DNA from: Chiloscyllium plagiosum
Lineage: Eukaryota
Assembly: GCF_004010195.1 (NCBI RefSeq)
Contig: NC_057718.1
Coordinates: 89,605,800-89,669,799 of the forward strand
Length of the DNA: 64,000 nucleotides
Direction: 5' to 3'
Positions 11,001 through 23,000 of the stretch are shown piece by piece; position 1 is the stretch's first letter; each line of letters starts with the position of its first letter. The position numbers and the translations under genes are program-made. Under the pieces are notes generated by a model. That model was not told the origin of the DNA. It saw nothing but the letters and a program-made list of their open reading frames with translations, and made no database searches.

Positions 11001-14000
11001 TGGGCTGAACAGTCTACTTCCACACTGTAGAGATTCTATAAATAAAAGCCTAATCGAACATCAGTCTTTATTTTTGAAGGGGCCTGAGTCCAAAAGGGGG
11101 TGAAGGGGTGCTTCAGAATCTCCACGAGTCCAAAAGGGGGTGAAGGGGTGCTTCAGAATCTCCACGAGTTTTGAGAAGATTTGTGGCTCACGTTGAGGTT
11201 CTGGATGTAGGTTTGTTCGCTGAGCTGGAAGGTTCATTTCCAGACATTTCGTCACCCTACTAGGTAACATCTTCAGTGGGCCTCCGGGCAAAGCACTGTT
11301 CATGATTCCTGCTTTCTATTTATATGTTTGGGTTTCTTTGGGTTGATGATGTCATTTCCTGTGGTGATGTCATTTCCTGTTCCTTTTCTCAATCTATCAA
11401 CAAACACACCGAGTTAGACCCCATCTAGCACCCCGTTAGAGTCTAACTCAGTGTGTTTGTTGATAGATTGAGAAAAAGAACAGGAAATGACATCACCACA
11501 GGAAATGAAATCACCAACCCAAAGAAATCCAAACATATAAATAGAAAGCAGGAATCATGAACAGTGCTTCGACCAGAGGACCACTGAAAATGTTACCCAG
11601 TTGGGTGACGAAACGTCTGGAAATGAACCTTCCAGCTTAGCGAACAAACCTACATCCAGTTTCAGTATCTCGCTTCAACCCTTGGTCAGAGTCAATTTGA
11701 GCACAGTATTTAGTTCTGGACAAAGTTGGGTTGCGAGGTTTATGAAATTTAAAAGTATTTGATATCAGTTCCTGAGCCCTGGTGAGTCAGCCGTGATCTA
11801 AGTGAAGGAGGCCTGAGTGGCTAATTGAGCTTCCTGGTGTTCCTGATGTCTCCAGTCCCATTACCTATTCCCCCATCCCACAGTATTCCCGAGTTTCTGC
11901 AGCACTGACCTTCCACTGCTTGTGCAGACTGCGGACAGTATCCTGCAGGCCTTGCTGCTCCTGTTCAGGGAGGATGTCAGTCAGCTCATCGCAAGCCTTC
12001 AGAAAAGCATTCAATGTTCTCTGATCTAGCTGGCCAAAGAACTCCTGGGAGGAAGCAATTAGACCATGAATAAGATTAACCATCATCAACTAATGTATGT
12101 CTCAGCACTGTAAATCCACCTAATAAAAACTGAAAGAACTGCAGATACCGTAAATCAGAAACAGAAGTTGCTGGAAAAGCTTGGCAGATTTGGCAGCATC
12201 TGTGAAGAGAAATCAGAGTTAACGTTTCGGATTCAGTGACCTGTTCTGAGGGGGTGAACCTGAAACGTTAACTCTGATTTCTCTTCACAGATGCTGCCAG
12301 GCCTGCTGAGCTTTTCCAGCAACTTCTGTTTTCATTTGTGGTTGCCAATCCACCAACTGGCTCTCATATACTCCGCCCCGGAGGCTCTCAGCCTCATTCC
12401 TGAGGAAGGGCTCCTGCCCAAAACGTCGATTTTCCTGCTTCTCGGATGCCACCTGACCTGCTGTGCTTTTCCAGCACCGCTCTAATCTTGACTCTGATCT
12501 CCAGCATCTGCAGTCCTCACTTTTGCCTCATGTACTCTATGCCAAGCACAAATTTAATTCTCAATCAATTAATAGATTTACAGGATAAGTTTATTTCAGC
12601 AGAATACAGCATAACCTGGAGCAGATGGACTGCAGCAGGTGGAGAAGGGATGGACACAAAAATTGTCCCATATCCTGTGAAACATTTTTTTTTAAAAAAA
12701 CCTCTAATAGCTCTTCCTCAACGGCACCATGATTTTTCCCAGGGACCAAATTCCATCCCAGATCCATGCTGAGTAAACTGGTCATCACCAGGATGGGGTT
12801 ACTTACAAAGTGCCCTCAGCAACCCTGGATAGGTTCTGTTATGAGTTCTGACAAAGGGTCACTGGACACGAAACGTTAACTCCTTTTCTCTCTCCACAGA
12901 TGCTGCCACGCCTGCTGAGTTTCTCCAACACCTGCTGTTTTTGTTTGCGGTTACATTGGGATGGTTTGGGTTGATAGCTTCAGCCAGGGCTTTGGTGGGG
13001 GCACTGGGACTCATCCCAGCATCCCAGAGAGTAGGGTGAGACTTGTCAGTGAAGGACAGAATGAAAGAGAGAGTGTGAGAAAGAGAGTAAGGGGGACAAA
13101 CAGAGAGAGACAAAGTTCGTGGGTGAGTGTTTGAGTGAATGAGTGAGACTGAATAGTGAATGGGTGTATGAGTGTGCATGTGTGTGTGTGAATGAGTGAG
13201 ACTGAACTGGAGTGTGTGTTGTGTGTGTGTCAGTCTGTCTGTATGTCTATGAATAAGAATGCATATTTGTAACGGTGTGCGTGTGTGTCATCGTGTATGT
13301 GCGTAAACCACGAAACTATCATTAATTTTGATAAAGGATCTGGTTCACTCGGGTCCTTTAAGGGAAGGATATCAGCTGTCCTTACCCAGTCTGGTCGACA
13401 CACCTTTCCAGATCCACAGTGATTTGGCTGATTTCTAACTGCCCTGTGAAAAGCTAGTTCAGTTCAAGGGCAATGAGGAAAGGGCACCAAATACAGGCTT
13501 GCCAGCAATGCCCACAATCACAGGAAAGAATTGACCCAAAGCTCAATTTAATTTGCAAACGGGTCCATTCAAATAATTCTCAGGAATGTCTGGTCCATAC
13601 AAACCTAACGAGTTGCGATTTCAGCACCACCTTTTAGTTCCCCATATGTGCTTGTGTTCATACATCTGCTTCTGTGTGCGGGTTTATCACATTACTGCAC
13701 CTATCCCTCCGGTAGGATGTTACCGAATAATGTGTACATGGGAAATTTAACAGTAGTCGCATGACTCATGGGTGTGTGCGTGTGCTTATATGTGTGTGTG
13801 AGAGTGAGAGTGTGTGTGTGTATATGTATGTGACTCATGGGTGTGTGTGTGCATATATGTGTGTGTGTGAGTGTGTGTGTGAGAGTGTGTGTGTATATGT
13901 GTGTGTGAGTGTGTGTGTATGTGTGTGTGAGTGTGTGTGTAAAACAGCAGATAAAAACAGGAGCAGGCTTTATGGGCCAGTTAAATTTTTACCATTCATT

Positions 14001-17000
14001 TTCAGGGATTTTATTGCTATTAGTATCTATATCTGGTTAATAGTTTTGACAACCAGTTTTAATGGTTGGTCAATTACAAGCTCCAACTAGTGTGAAAACG
14101 TCATCACAGCCTGCTCTCTCGTGAGCGAAAGATGGTTGGTAGTGATTTAACCTGAGAGTGACCACACCTCAGGCAAGGGGAGAGATTGAGGACGGTCCAT
14201 AATGGCAACCTCAGCTGGAGTAGGAATAGACCCCATGCTGTTGTTATCACTGTGTAATACAAACAAGCTGTCCAGCCAACTGAGCTAACCAACTGCTTGC
14301 ATGCAGCTCAGCTGGCATGAACTGAAAGCATTATCACTAACTCTGTCACTAACAAGAGTTTGTAAGTCCTCTTCAGTGATTGATGCTGTCTCCCTATGAG
14401 TTAATAACTGAGCTGAACCTGCTTTATGGGGTCAGATTAGCAACACACAGAAGAGGACCATAGGGGTAAATCTGCGCAATGTTGGTAAATTCTCTAATTT
14501 GGAATCTCTCCACATGGATTCTCATCCACAAACAGTAAACATGGATAATCCGCCCAAAAACCCAAAATATTAATGGTCCAGAAGTCGCAGGTTGGACATA
14601 TGCAATGGGTTCCCGATGGGTGGCGCACCATCCCAATCAGAAAACACGCCCCTGTTCTAGAAAGCAAAATACTGTGAATCTGAAATATGAGCAGAAAAAT
14701 GCTTGAAACATTTGTCAATCAGGCAACGTTACCCGGAACAAGAAAGCTCTTGCGAGGATATCAAATCAATGATTCACACAGAGTCATAGAGTCATACAGC
14801 AAAGAAACAGATAACCAGCCCATGCTGACCATAGTCCCAAACTAAACTAGTCCCACTAGCCTGCGCTTGGCCCATATCCCTCCAAACATTTCTTATTCAT
14901 GGACCTATCTAACTGCCTTTTGAACGTTGTAACAATACCCGCATCCACCACTTCCTGTGGAAGTTCATTCCACACTCGGAGCACTCTGTGTAAAAAAGTC
15001 GCCCCTCATGTCCTTTTTAAATCTTCTCTCATTTTAAAAATATGTCCCCAGTCTTGAAATCCCCAACCCTGCCATTCCTCTTATCTATACCCCTCATGAT
15101 TTTATAAACCTCTGTAAGGTCACCTCTCAACATCCTATGCTCCAGTGAAAAAAGTCCCAGCCAATCCATCCTGTCTTTATAACTCAAACCCTCCAATATC
15201 AACAATATCCTGATAAACCTCTTCCGAACCCTCTTCGGCTTAATAATATCCTCCCTATAACCGGGCGATCAGAACTGTGCACAGCACACCAGAAAAGGCT
15301 TCACCAACATCCTGTACAACTTCAACCTGACATCCCAACTCCTATACTCAGTCCTACAGTGCTCTCCAGCTTCCACGTGCTCTAACCCCACATGAGGTTC
15401 TGGATCGGACTGCATAGCGACAGAGGTGTCTATCTTACAGCTCGGCCTCCTCAGAGGCTCCCCACTTCTCACCGTGTGCCTCGCCAAAAGCCGATCGGGG
15501 TTCCCCACTTCCGCCATGGCTGTCTGGGTCGATTGCAGGACCATTTCCAGATCCTTCCTGCAGTCTTCGAATCTCTTCAGCAGATTACTGTTTGTTTCCA
15601 TACGCGTCCTCCACTCCGCTCCCTGCTTCACCAGTTCCTGTCGGATAACAGTGTGCAAGATGCAGGTTCATAACGAGAAACAGAGCTTGTTGCAAAGTCC
15701 TGTGGGCTGCTTCTGAAGTGTTGGATTGTGGGAAACATAGCAGCCAAATTGGGCACAGCTTGATCTCACTAACATCATCATGAGCATCATTTTCTGTTTT
15801 AGTTATGGACTGAGGGATAACTATTGGCCAGGATGTTGAGAAAGCTGCCTGACTCACATTCAATAATCATCGGATCTTACATATCATCCTGAAAACTATT
15901 GGTGGGAAAACTTTGGGATGTTCTGAGGTTGTGAGAAGACTCTGAATAATACAATCTCTTTCATTTGAAACATGAATGAAATAAATGAATTATGTATCGG
16001 TTGAGGGGTGAATGAGGCTGTAATTGTTCCCTTACCAATAACGCCAGGGATCTTCCACACCTACCTGAGGGGTAGAGAGGAACCTGGTTTATAACATTCA
16101 GCTGAATGCACATTTGTGACTATCTAATTCTCTTTCTTTCTTTAATCCTAACTCTTTGGATACGCATTTGGTCAGCTCCAAGTCTATCTTGGTGACTCAG
16201 TGTCAATGGTGCTTCCGGGGATGTTTTACTTTCCACTTTGCGGCATTACCTGCGCTATATAAAATCAGCTTGTTGTTGTAAACATCACAGTGGTCAGCCT
16301 TGCCTTTCTGTGTGACCTCTGAAACATTGAAACATCGAAATGAGGAGCAGGAGTAGGCCATTCGGCCCTTCGACCCTGCTCTGCCATTCAAGGCTGATCC
16401 TCTATTTCAATACCATATTCCCACTTTATGCCCATGCCCCTTGAAGCCCTCTGTGTGGGTCACACTCCGGCTGAATTTCCACATTGTTTCTCCTATCTTA
16501 CAGCCTCACAGCCTGCCACACAAATCCAGGAAAGATAGCCTAAATGGTGTTGGCCATTTCTCTTGAGTTTTTACAAATTCTTCCCCTCAGAGTTAGGCAG
16601 CTGGACTTCCACAGAAGCTTGTGGGAATCAATGGCTGAACTAGGGATCATGTGGAGTTGTAGATAATGCAGAAGGATGTTGTAGATAACAGAGGGACATA
16701 GATAAGCTGCAGGGCTGGGCTGAGAGGTGGCAAATGGAGTTTAATGTGGACAAGTGTGAGGTCATTCACTTTGGAAGGGGCAACAGGAATAAAGAGTACT
16801 GGGTTAATGGTAAGTTCTTGGTAGTGTAGATGAGCAGAGAGATCTCGGTGTTCATATACATAGATCCTTGCAAGTTGCCACCCAAGTTCATCGGGTTATA
16901 AAGAAGGCACACAACGTGTTAGCTTTTATTAGTAGAGGGATCGAGTTTCATAAGATCATGTTGCAGCTGTACAAAACTCTGGGGTGGCTGCACTTGGAGT

Positions 17001-20000
17001 ATTGCTTATAGTTCTGGTTACCACATTATAGGAGGGATGTGGAAGCTTTGGAAAGAGTTCAGAGGAGATTTACTAGAGATGTCGCCTGCTCTGTAGGGAA
17101 GGTCTTATGAGGAAAGGCTGAGGAACTTGCGGCTGTTTTCATTAGAGAGAAGAAGTTTGAGAGGTGACTAAATCGAGACATAGAAGATAATCAGAGGGTT
17201 AGATGGGATCGACAGTGAGAGCCTTTTTCCTTGGATAGTGATGGCTAGCATGAGGGGACACAGCTTTAAATTGAGGAGTGATAGATATAGGACAAATGTC
17301 AGAGGTAGTTTCTTTGTTCAGAGAGTATTAGGGACATGGAACACACTGCCTGCAACAGTAGTCGACTCACCAACCTTAAGGCATTTAAATGGTCACTAGA
17401 TAGTTATATGGACGAAAATGAAACAGAATAGGTTAGACAGGCTTCAGATTGGTTTCACAGGTAGGCGCAGCATTGAGGGCCGAAGGGCCTGTACTGCACT
17501 GTGTTATGAAGATGTGGGTGTACTTTAAGAGAGTTAAAAGTAGCAGAACTACCGGACACAGCACCCAAGTGTTCTCAATAAGGTAACAATGTAACACTTG
17601 GTCGAACAACTTGATTAGCTCATTGTTTGGAGACAAAAACAAAGTTGAATTTGGCGAATCAGTTTCAATTCTACCCCGAAAAATATCAAGCTCCAATCCA
17701 GTTTGAATTGAGTATACTGACAATCTTAAAAGCCAATGACACCATCTGATGCTTTGAGGGTAAAAGACCAGAGAAAATTGAACAGTTGAGAGGAGATCTG
17801 CCAAACCCTGCAAGTAAACAGACTGCTTGAAAAATAGCTGTCTTAAAAGTACCTTTTCGATCAGTAATCTGTGACACAGAAATTCCGAAGAAGAAGAAAA
17901 GAAGACACAGAAAGATTGGAATAGAAGAACGAAAGCTGCCTGGTTTGGAGATAAGAAGGGTGGCTTTGTAAATCTGAACTGGGAGTTTTATCGGACTAGT
18001 ATTATTGAAGGAAAGTTCAAAGATAGGTTAGAGGAAGAAATTGTAAATAGTGGTTAGTTAATTATTCTCTGTTATACTTTAAGAAATAAAGTTGTTAATT
18101 TTTACTTTAAATAGTTCTTGGCCACTCGGAGTTTTACAGATTACTGCATGGAACAAATCTTTTCTGTATTGCTGGTTTTAAATTAAGCAGGAGGGTTTAC
18201 CACGTATCATAACAGCTGTAATGTTCTATGTTCTACTGAAATATTTAAGAACAATAAGTGATGGAAGGAAATGTGGAGCATAGGGACATGGGAAAGTGGG
18301 ATTAGGATAGTGTGCCTATGAAGGATGGACTAGAGACAAGCCAGAGGTGCTGTAATTTCTGTATAATTCACTGAACCCTTACACTTGATATGCAGCATCT
18401 ACCTTTACTGCTCACTGGCAACTGGGTTCACCTCTGTGATAGGTTTTACTACACTGATAAGAATCCCCACTTTCTCTCTGTGTCTGTGAGGCCAGATGAC
18501 ACAAATTAACATCTGCAAGGGTGATAGGGCCCTCCTGTGGTGCAGTGGTAGTGTCCCTACCCCTGAACCAGGCAGCCTCGGTTCAAGTTCCATGTGCTCC
18601 AAAGGTGCACAAAAACATCTCTGAACAAGTTGAATGAGAAAAATAGGCTTAATAATAAAACAAAGCTCCCTGTGTTGAGAGTAGTCTTACCATCACTCTC
18701 AGTGGATGAAGCTCTATGCCAGAGATAAATGCTAATTGATTAAAATAGCTGCCCTAAATTATAAACCTTACACAGGTAAAGAATGCATTTTTTCCAGGCT
18801 GATACTTGAGCTGGAATTTTATATTAGGTATATCAAGGAGGACAACCATTTCATAAGCCGTAGTGTCGCAACCCAATCCCAGATGTAATGTCCTTGAAAT
18901 GAGTTCTAGCCTACCTGGTCTACTGTAGATAAGGTTAGATAGTAGATAAAGATACCTGCACAGTTCATTTCAGCCTGCCCATTTTAATTGATAATTTCTT
19001 CTGAATCAAGTATTAGCAGCTAAAATTAATCAATTTAAAACAGTCACTAAGAGAGAGGCTAGGGATCATTTTGACACTTCGCTGGTGCACAATATGGCTT
19101 CCACCTCAATATGGCTTCCACCTGGGAGCATTTGACAGAAAGAGCATTGTGCCTGTGATGGAAAATTTGGGAAATGTATTCTGGCAGAGAAAGACACAAC
19201 GCTATGGTGAAAACGCAAGGGAGAGAGTTCACTTTTAAATTGATACAAGGATCTGGGGAGAGATTGGGGCAGTGGGGTTAGTTTTAGATTGACTCAGAGC
19301 TCTGGGGAGAGATTGGGGCTGTGGGATTAGTTTGAGATTGGTACAGGGCTACAGGGAGAGATTGGGGCAGTGGGGTTAGTTTTAGATTGACTCAGGGCTG
19401 TGGGGAGAGTTTGGGGCTGTGGGATTAGTTTGAGATTGGTACAGGGCTACGGGGAGACATTGGGGCAGTGGGGTTAGTTTTAGATTAGTTTGGGGCTGTG
19501 GGATTAGTTTGAGATTGGTACAGGGCTACGGGGAGAGTTTGGGGCTGTGGGACTAATTTGGTTGCTTGAACAAAGCTGACACAGAGACAATGGAACACAT
19601 GGCCTCTGAGCTATAAATGTGCTCTGATTCCAAACTTGCAAGCATTCCCCTTCACAGTGAGTAACACTGAGTAAACACTTGCTTCTCTGTCCAATGGGTT
19701 TAGGGTTCCAGTTGGAGAGCAGTGTAAATGAAGGTTTGAAGACCGGTTCAGTTCGCAGTAATGGAGAGTCACCTGGAATGCTGCCTGAATATGAAGGATT
19801 TTCTTCTGAAGAATGGAGAAATCCAAGTGCCGCAGGACTTTGCTGTCACTCAGCAGGCTCTGAACGACTTGCATGTTCCTCTCTGCCGCAATCGCTGCTT
19901 GTTTGCAATCCTCCTGGCAATCTGCCAATTCCTGTATTGGGGGAAAAGGAGCAAGGGTTTTAGTTCCAAGACACCATCGTCAAACCCTGCTGCCCTCCGG

Positions 20001-23000
20001 TGGGATTGGCACCAACCTGGTGTCTCGCCTTGAAACCGGCTACGGAGTGACCCTCAGCTTCCCCCGGGGAGGTAATTTGATTGGCATGATTCAACGACTC
20101 AAAGAAAGCTGTGATTTCCTTCTCCAGTTCATCCAGGGGACTCAGCAACTGCTGAGCTTCCAGGAGCAAACACTGACAGCGCTCCCGAACCTATAGAGAA
20201 GGGCAGACATTAACATCAGACAGTGAGAGACACACCGAGTGTGACTTATTCAACATCAAGTCACTTTCTCAACATTTGTATTGGAACAGACATTTTCAAC
20301 ACCAACCTCTTAAAAGTTTGATTTGGAGTTTTAACCACTGAGGGAGTGCTGCACTATCTAGGGGTCAGTACTGAGGGAGTGCTGCACTGTCATCAGGTCA
20401 GTACTGAGGGAGTGCTGCAGTGTCGTCGGGTCAGTACTGAGGGAGTGCTACACTGTCGTCGGGTCAGTACTGAGGGAGTGCTGCACTGTCGTCGGGTCAG
20501 TACTGAGGGAGCGCTCTATTGTCATAGGGTCAGCACTGAGGGAGTGCTGCACTGTTGGAGGGTCAGTACTGAGGGAGTGCTGCACTATCAGAGGATCAGT
20601 ACTGAGGGAGTGCTGCACTATAAGAGGGTCAGTACTGAGGGAGTGCTGCACTATAAGAGGGTCAGTACTGAAGGAGTGCTGCACTGTCAGAGGGTTAGTA
20701 CTGAGGGAGCGCTCCATTGTCAGAGGGTCAGTACTGACGGAGTGCTGCACTATCAGAGGGTCAGTACTGAGGGAGTGCTGCACTGTCAGAAAGTCAGGAC
20801 TAATGGAGTGCTGCACTTTCAGAGGGTCAGTACTTAGGGAGTGCTGCACTGTCGAAGGGACAGTACTGAGGGAGTGCTGCACTGTCACAGAGTCAGTACT
20901 GAGGGTGTGCTGCACTGTCACAGGGTCAGTACTGACAGAGTGCCGCACTGTCAGAAGGTTAGTAGTGAGGGAGTGCAACACTGTCGGAGAGTCAGTTCTG
21001 TGGGAGTGCCACACTGTCAGAGAGTCGATACTGAGGGAGCACTGCACTGTCACAGGGTCAGTACTGAGGGAGTGCTGCACTGTCGGAGAGTCAGTACTGA
21101 GGGAGTGTTGCAATGTCACAGAGACAGCATTGAGTGAGTGCTGCACTATTGGAAGGTCAGTACTGAGTGAGTGCTGCACTGTTGGAGGATCAGTACTGAG
21201 GGAGTGCTGCACTGTCAAAGGGTCAGCACTGAGGGAGTGCTGCACTGTCAAAGAGTCAGTACTGAGGGAATAATGCACTCTCGGAGGGTCAGTACTGAGG
21301 GAGTGCTGCACTGTCAAAGGGTCAGCACTGAGGGAGTGCTGCACTGTCAAAGGGTCAGTACTGAGGGAGTGTTGCACTGTCAAAGGGTCAGTACTGAGGG
21401 AGTGCTGCACTGTTGGATGGTTAGTACTGAGGAAGCAATGCACTGGTAAAAGTGTTGTATCTCAGGTGAGAATACAAAGGGTATATAATCCCTTTATCCA
21501 GGTGGAAGATTAAGACACTATTGTACTGTAAGAGGAAGCCATTTTCCTAGAATTGTGGCCTACATTTATCCCTCATCCAAACACAGAGAACCATCTTACT
21601 TTTCGTTTGTGGGAACTGGATCCTGTGTTGACCTGCTTGAGACAATATGATGTGAAGACAATAAACTACATCAGAACAAATGCTTATTCACCCCTGGGGG
21701 TGGGGAATGAGTTTCACCATTTAACACCATCTGGATAGGTACAAAAGCAAATCAAAGAAAGATTTTTAAATTATGCAGATTAAACTTTTCAAGAGGGGGC
21801 AATGGAAAACTACAAAAGTGAAAAAACCAGAACAAAAAGTCACAATTGCAGTTTAAAATACCTTTAACCGTGAGGGTAAACCCACCTCCTGAGAAGGGGT
21901 GGGGCATTGGAGACGAGGGGACAACTCTGTGGAACAGGGTTTTAGAACAAGGTTCCTTCTGACTGGAATTCCCTGGGGGATGTGGGACTGGTGAATGTAT
22001 CCATTATTGAATAATGTCGAACTGTCGAACTTGTATGATATGACTGACGATAAAGCTCAATTCTCTCAGTCTCACATCCCTTTCTGTAGGGAGCTCAGAG
22101 TGACTGAGAAGGTACAGGGCTAGGACAGTTTAATACTGTTCTGTTTATCATTCGCTGTCTCCGCAAAACTCTTCAGCTTGTCCACTTCATCCCCCTGCGA
22201 GTACTGCCTGAGGCAGAGAACCTGGCATGGACCACTCTACAGGTTGTTCTGTTATAATGCGACAGTTCTGTTTTTCTGCGGCCCCAGTACTATTGAAAAT
22301 CACGACTACGGAAAACCGTGACAGAAAATCGCACTGCAGAGAATTGTTAAGAAAAAAAATCACTTCAGTAGAAAGGTTGCACTATCCAAACAACGTCCAC
22401 AATTCGTCAATTGTGTTCCAGCCAATTTGCGCTGACGAAACGCACGTTACAGCAGAACGGCCTGTACTCGCACTGGACAAAATGAACCACGGTGCTCAGA
22501 ATGGTTCACCCTGGTCAGGTGGACACATGATTCATCGGACACCCATTGACCATCGCTGACCAGAAGGCCACACTGGTCAGATTGAGCACACAATTGGTCT
22601 TCTTCAGACTGGTCTAACTGTTTCACTCCTACCCTGAGGCACATGTTAATTGCTGAGTCCTGATTAAAACTCTCCCATTTACTCAGAACTCTGAGCTTCC
22701 CTCATTCTGAGGCTGATCCTTACTTTTATCAGCTGATCCTTAATGGTGGACATCGTGGACAGCATCTGTGTTACTTCATCCTGCGGGGTGTCCTTTGTTA
22801 ACTGCTGAGCTGTCTTGGAAACCAGTTTGTACTGAGCTTCCATTATTGGCACCTTTTGTTTTATAACCTGCACAGGACACCAGAAAAACAAACATCAGCT
22901 CGTAACAATCGTACATCCAGCAACCAGCACTTTAAAACTAACGTCAAGGAAGAAAGACCTTTTAGAGACACCTGCCTTTATACATCAATGGATCAAAGTG

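Noticed and set aside
20346..21449. Repetitive ORFs (up to 331 aa) and a CRISPR-like repeat/variable pattern
   Set aside because: A 33-bp minisatellite; the variable part is a few mutated bases rather than unique spacers; vertebrate DNA with no cas genes.
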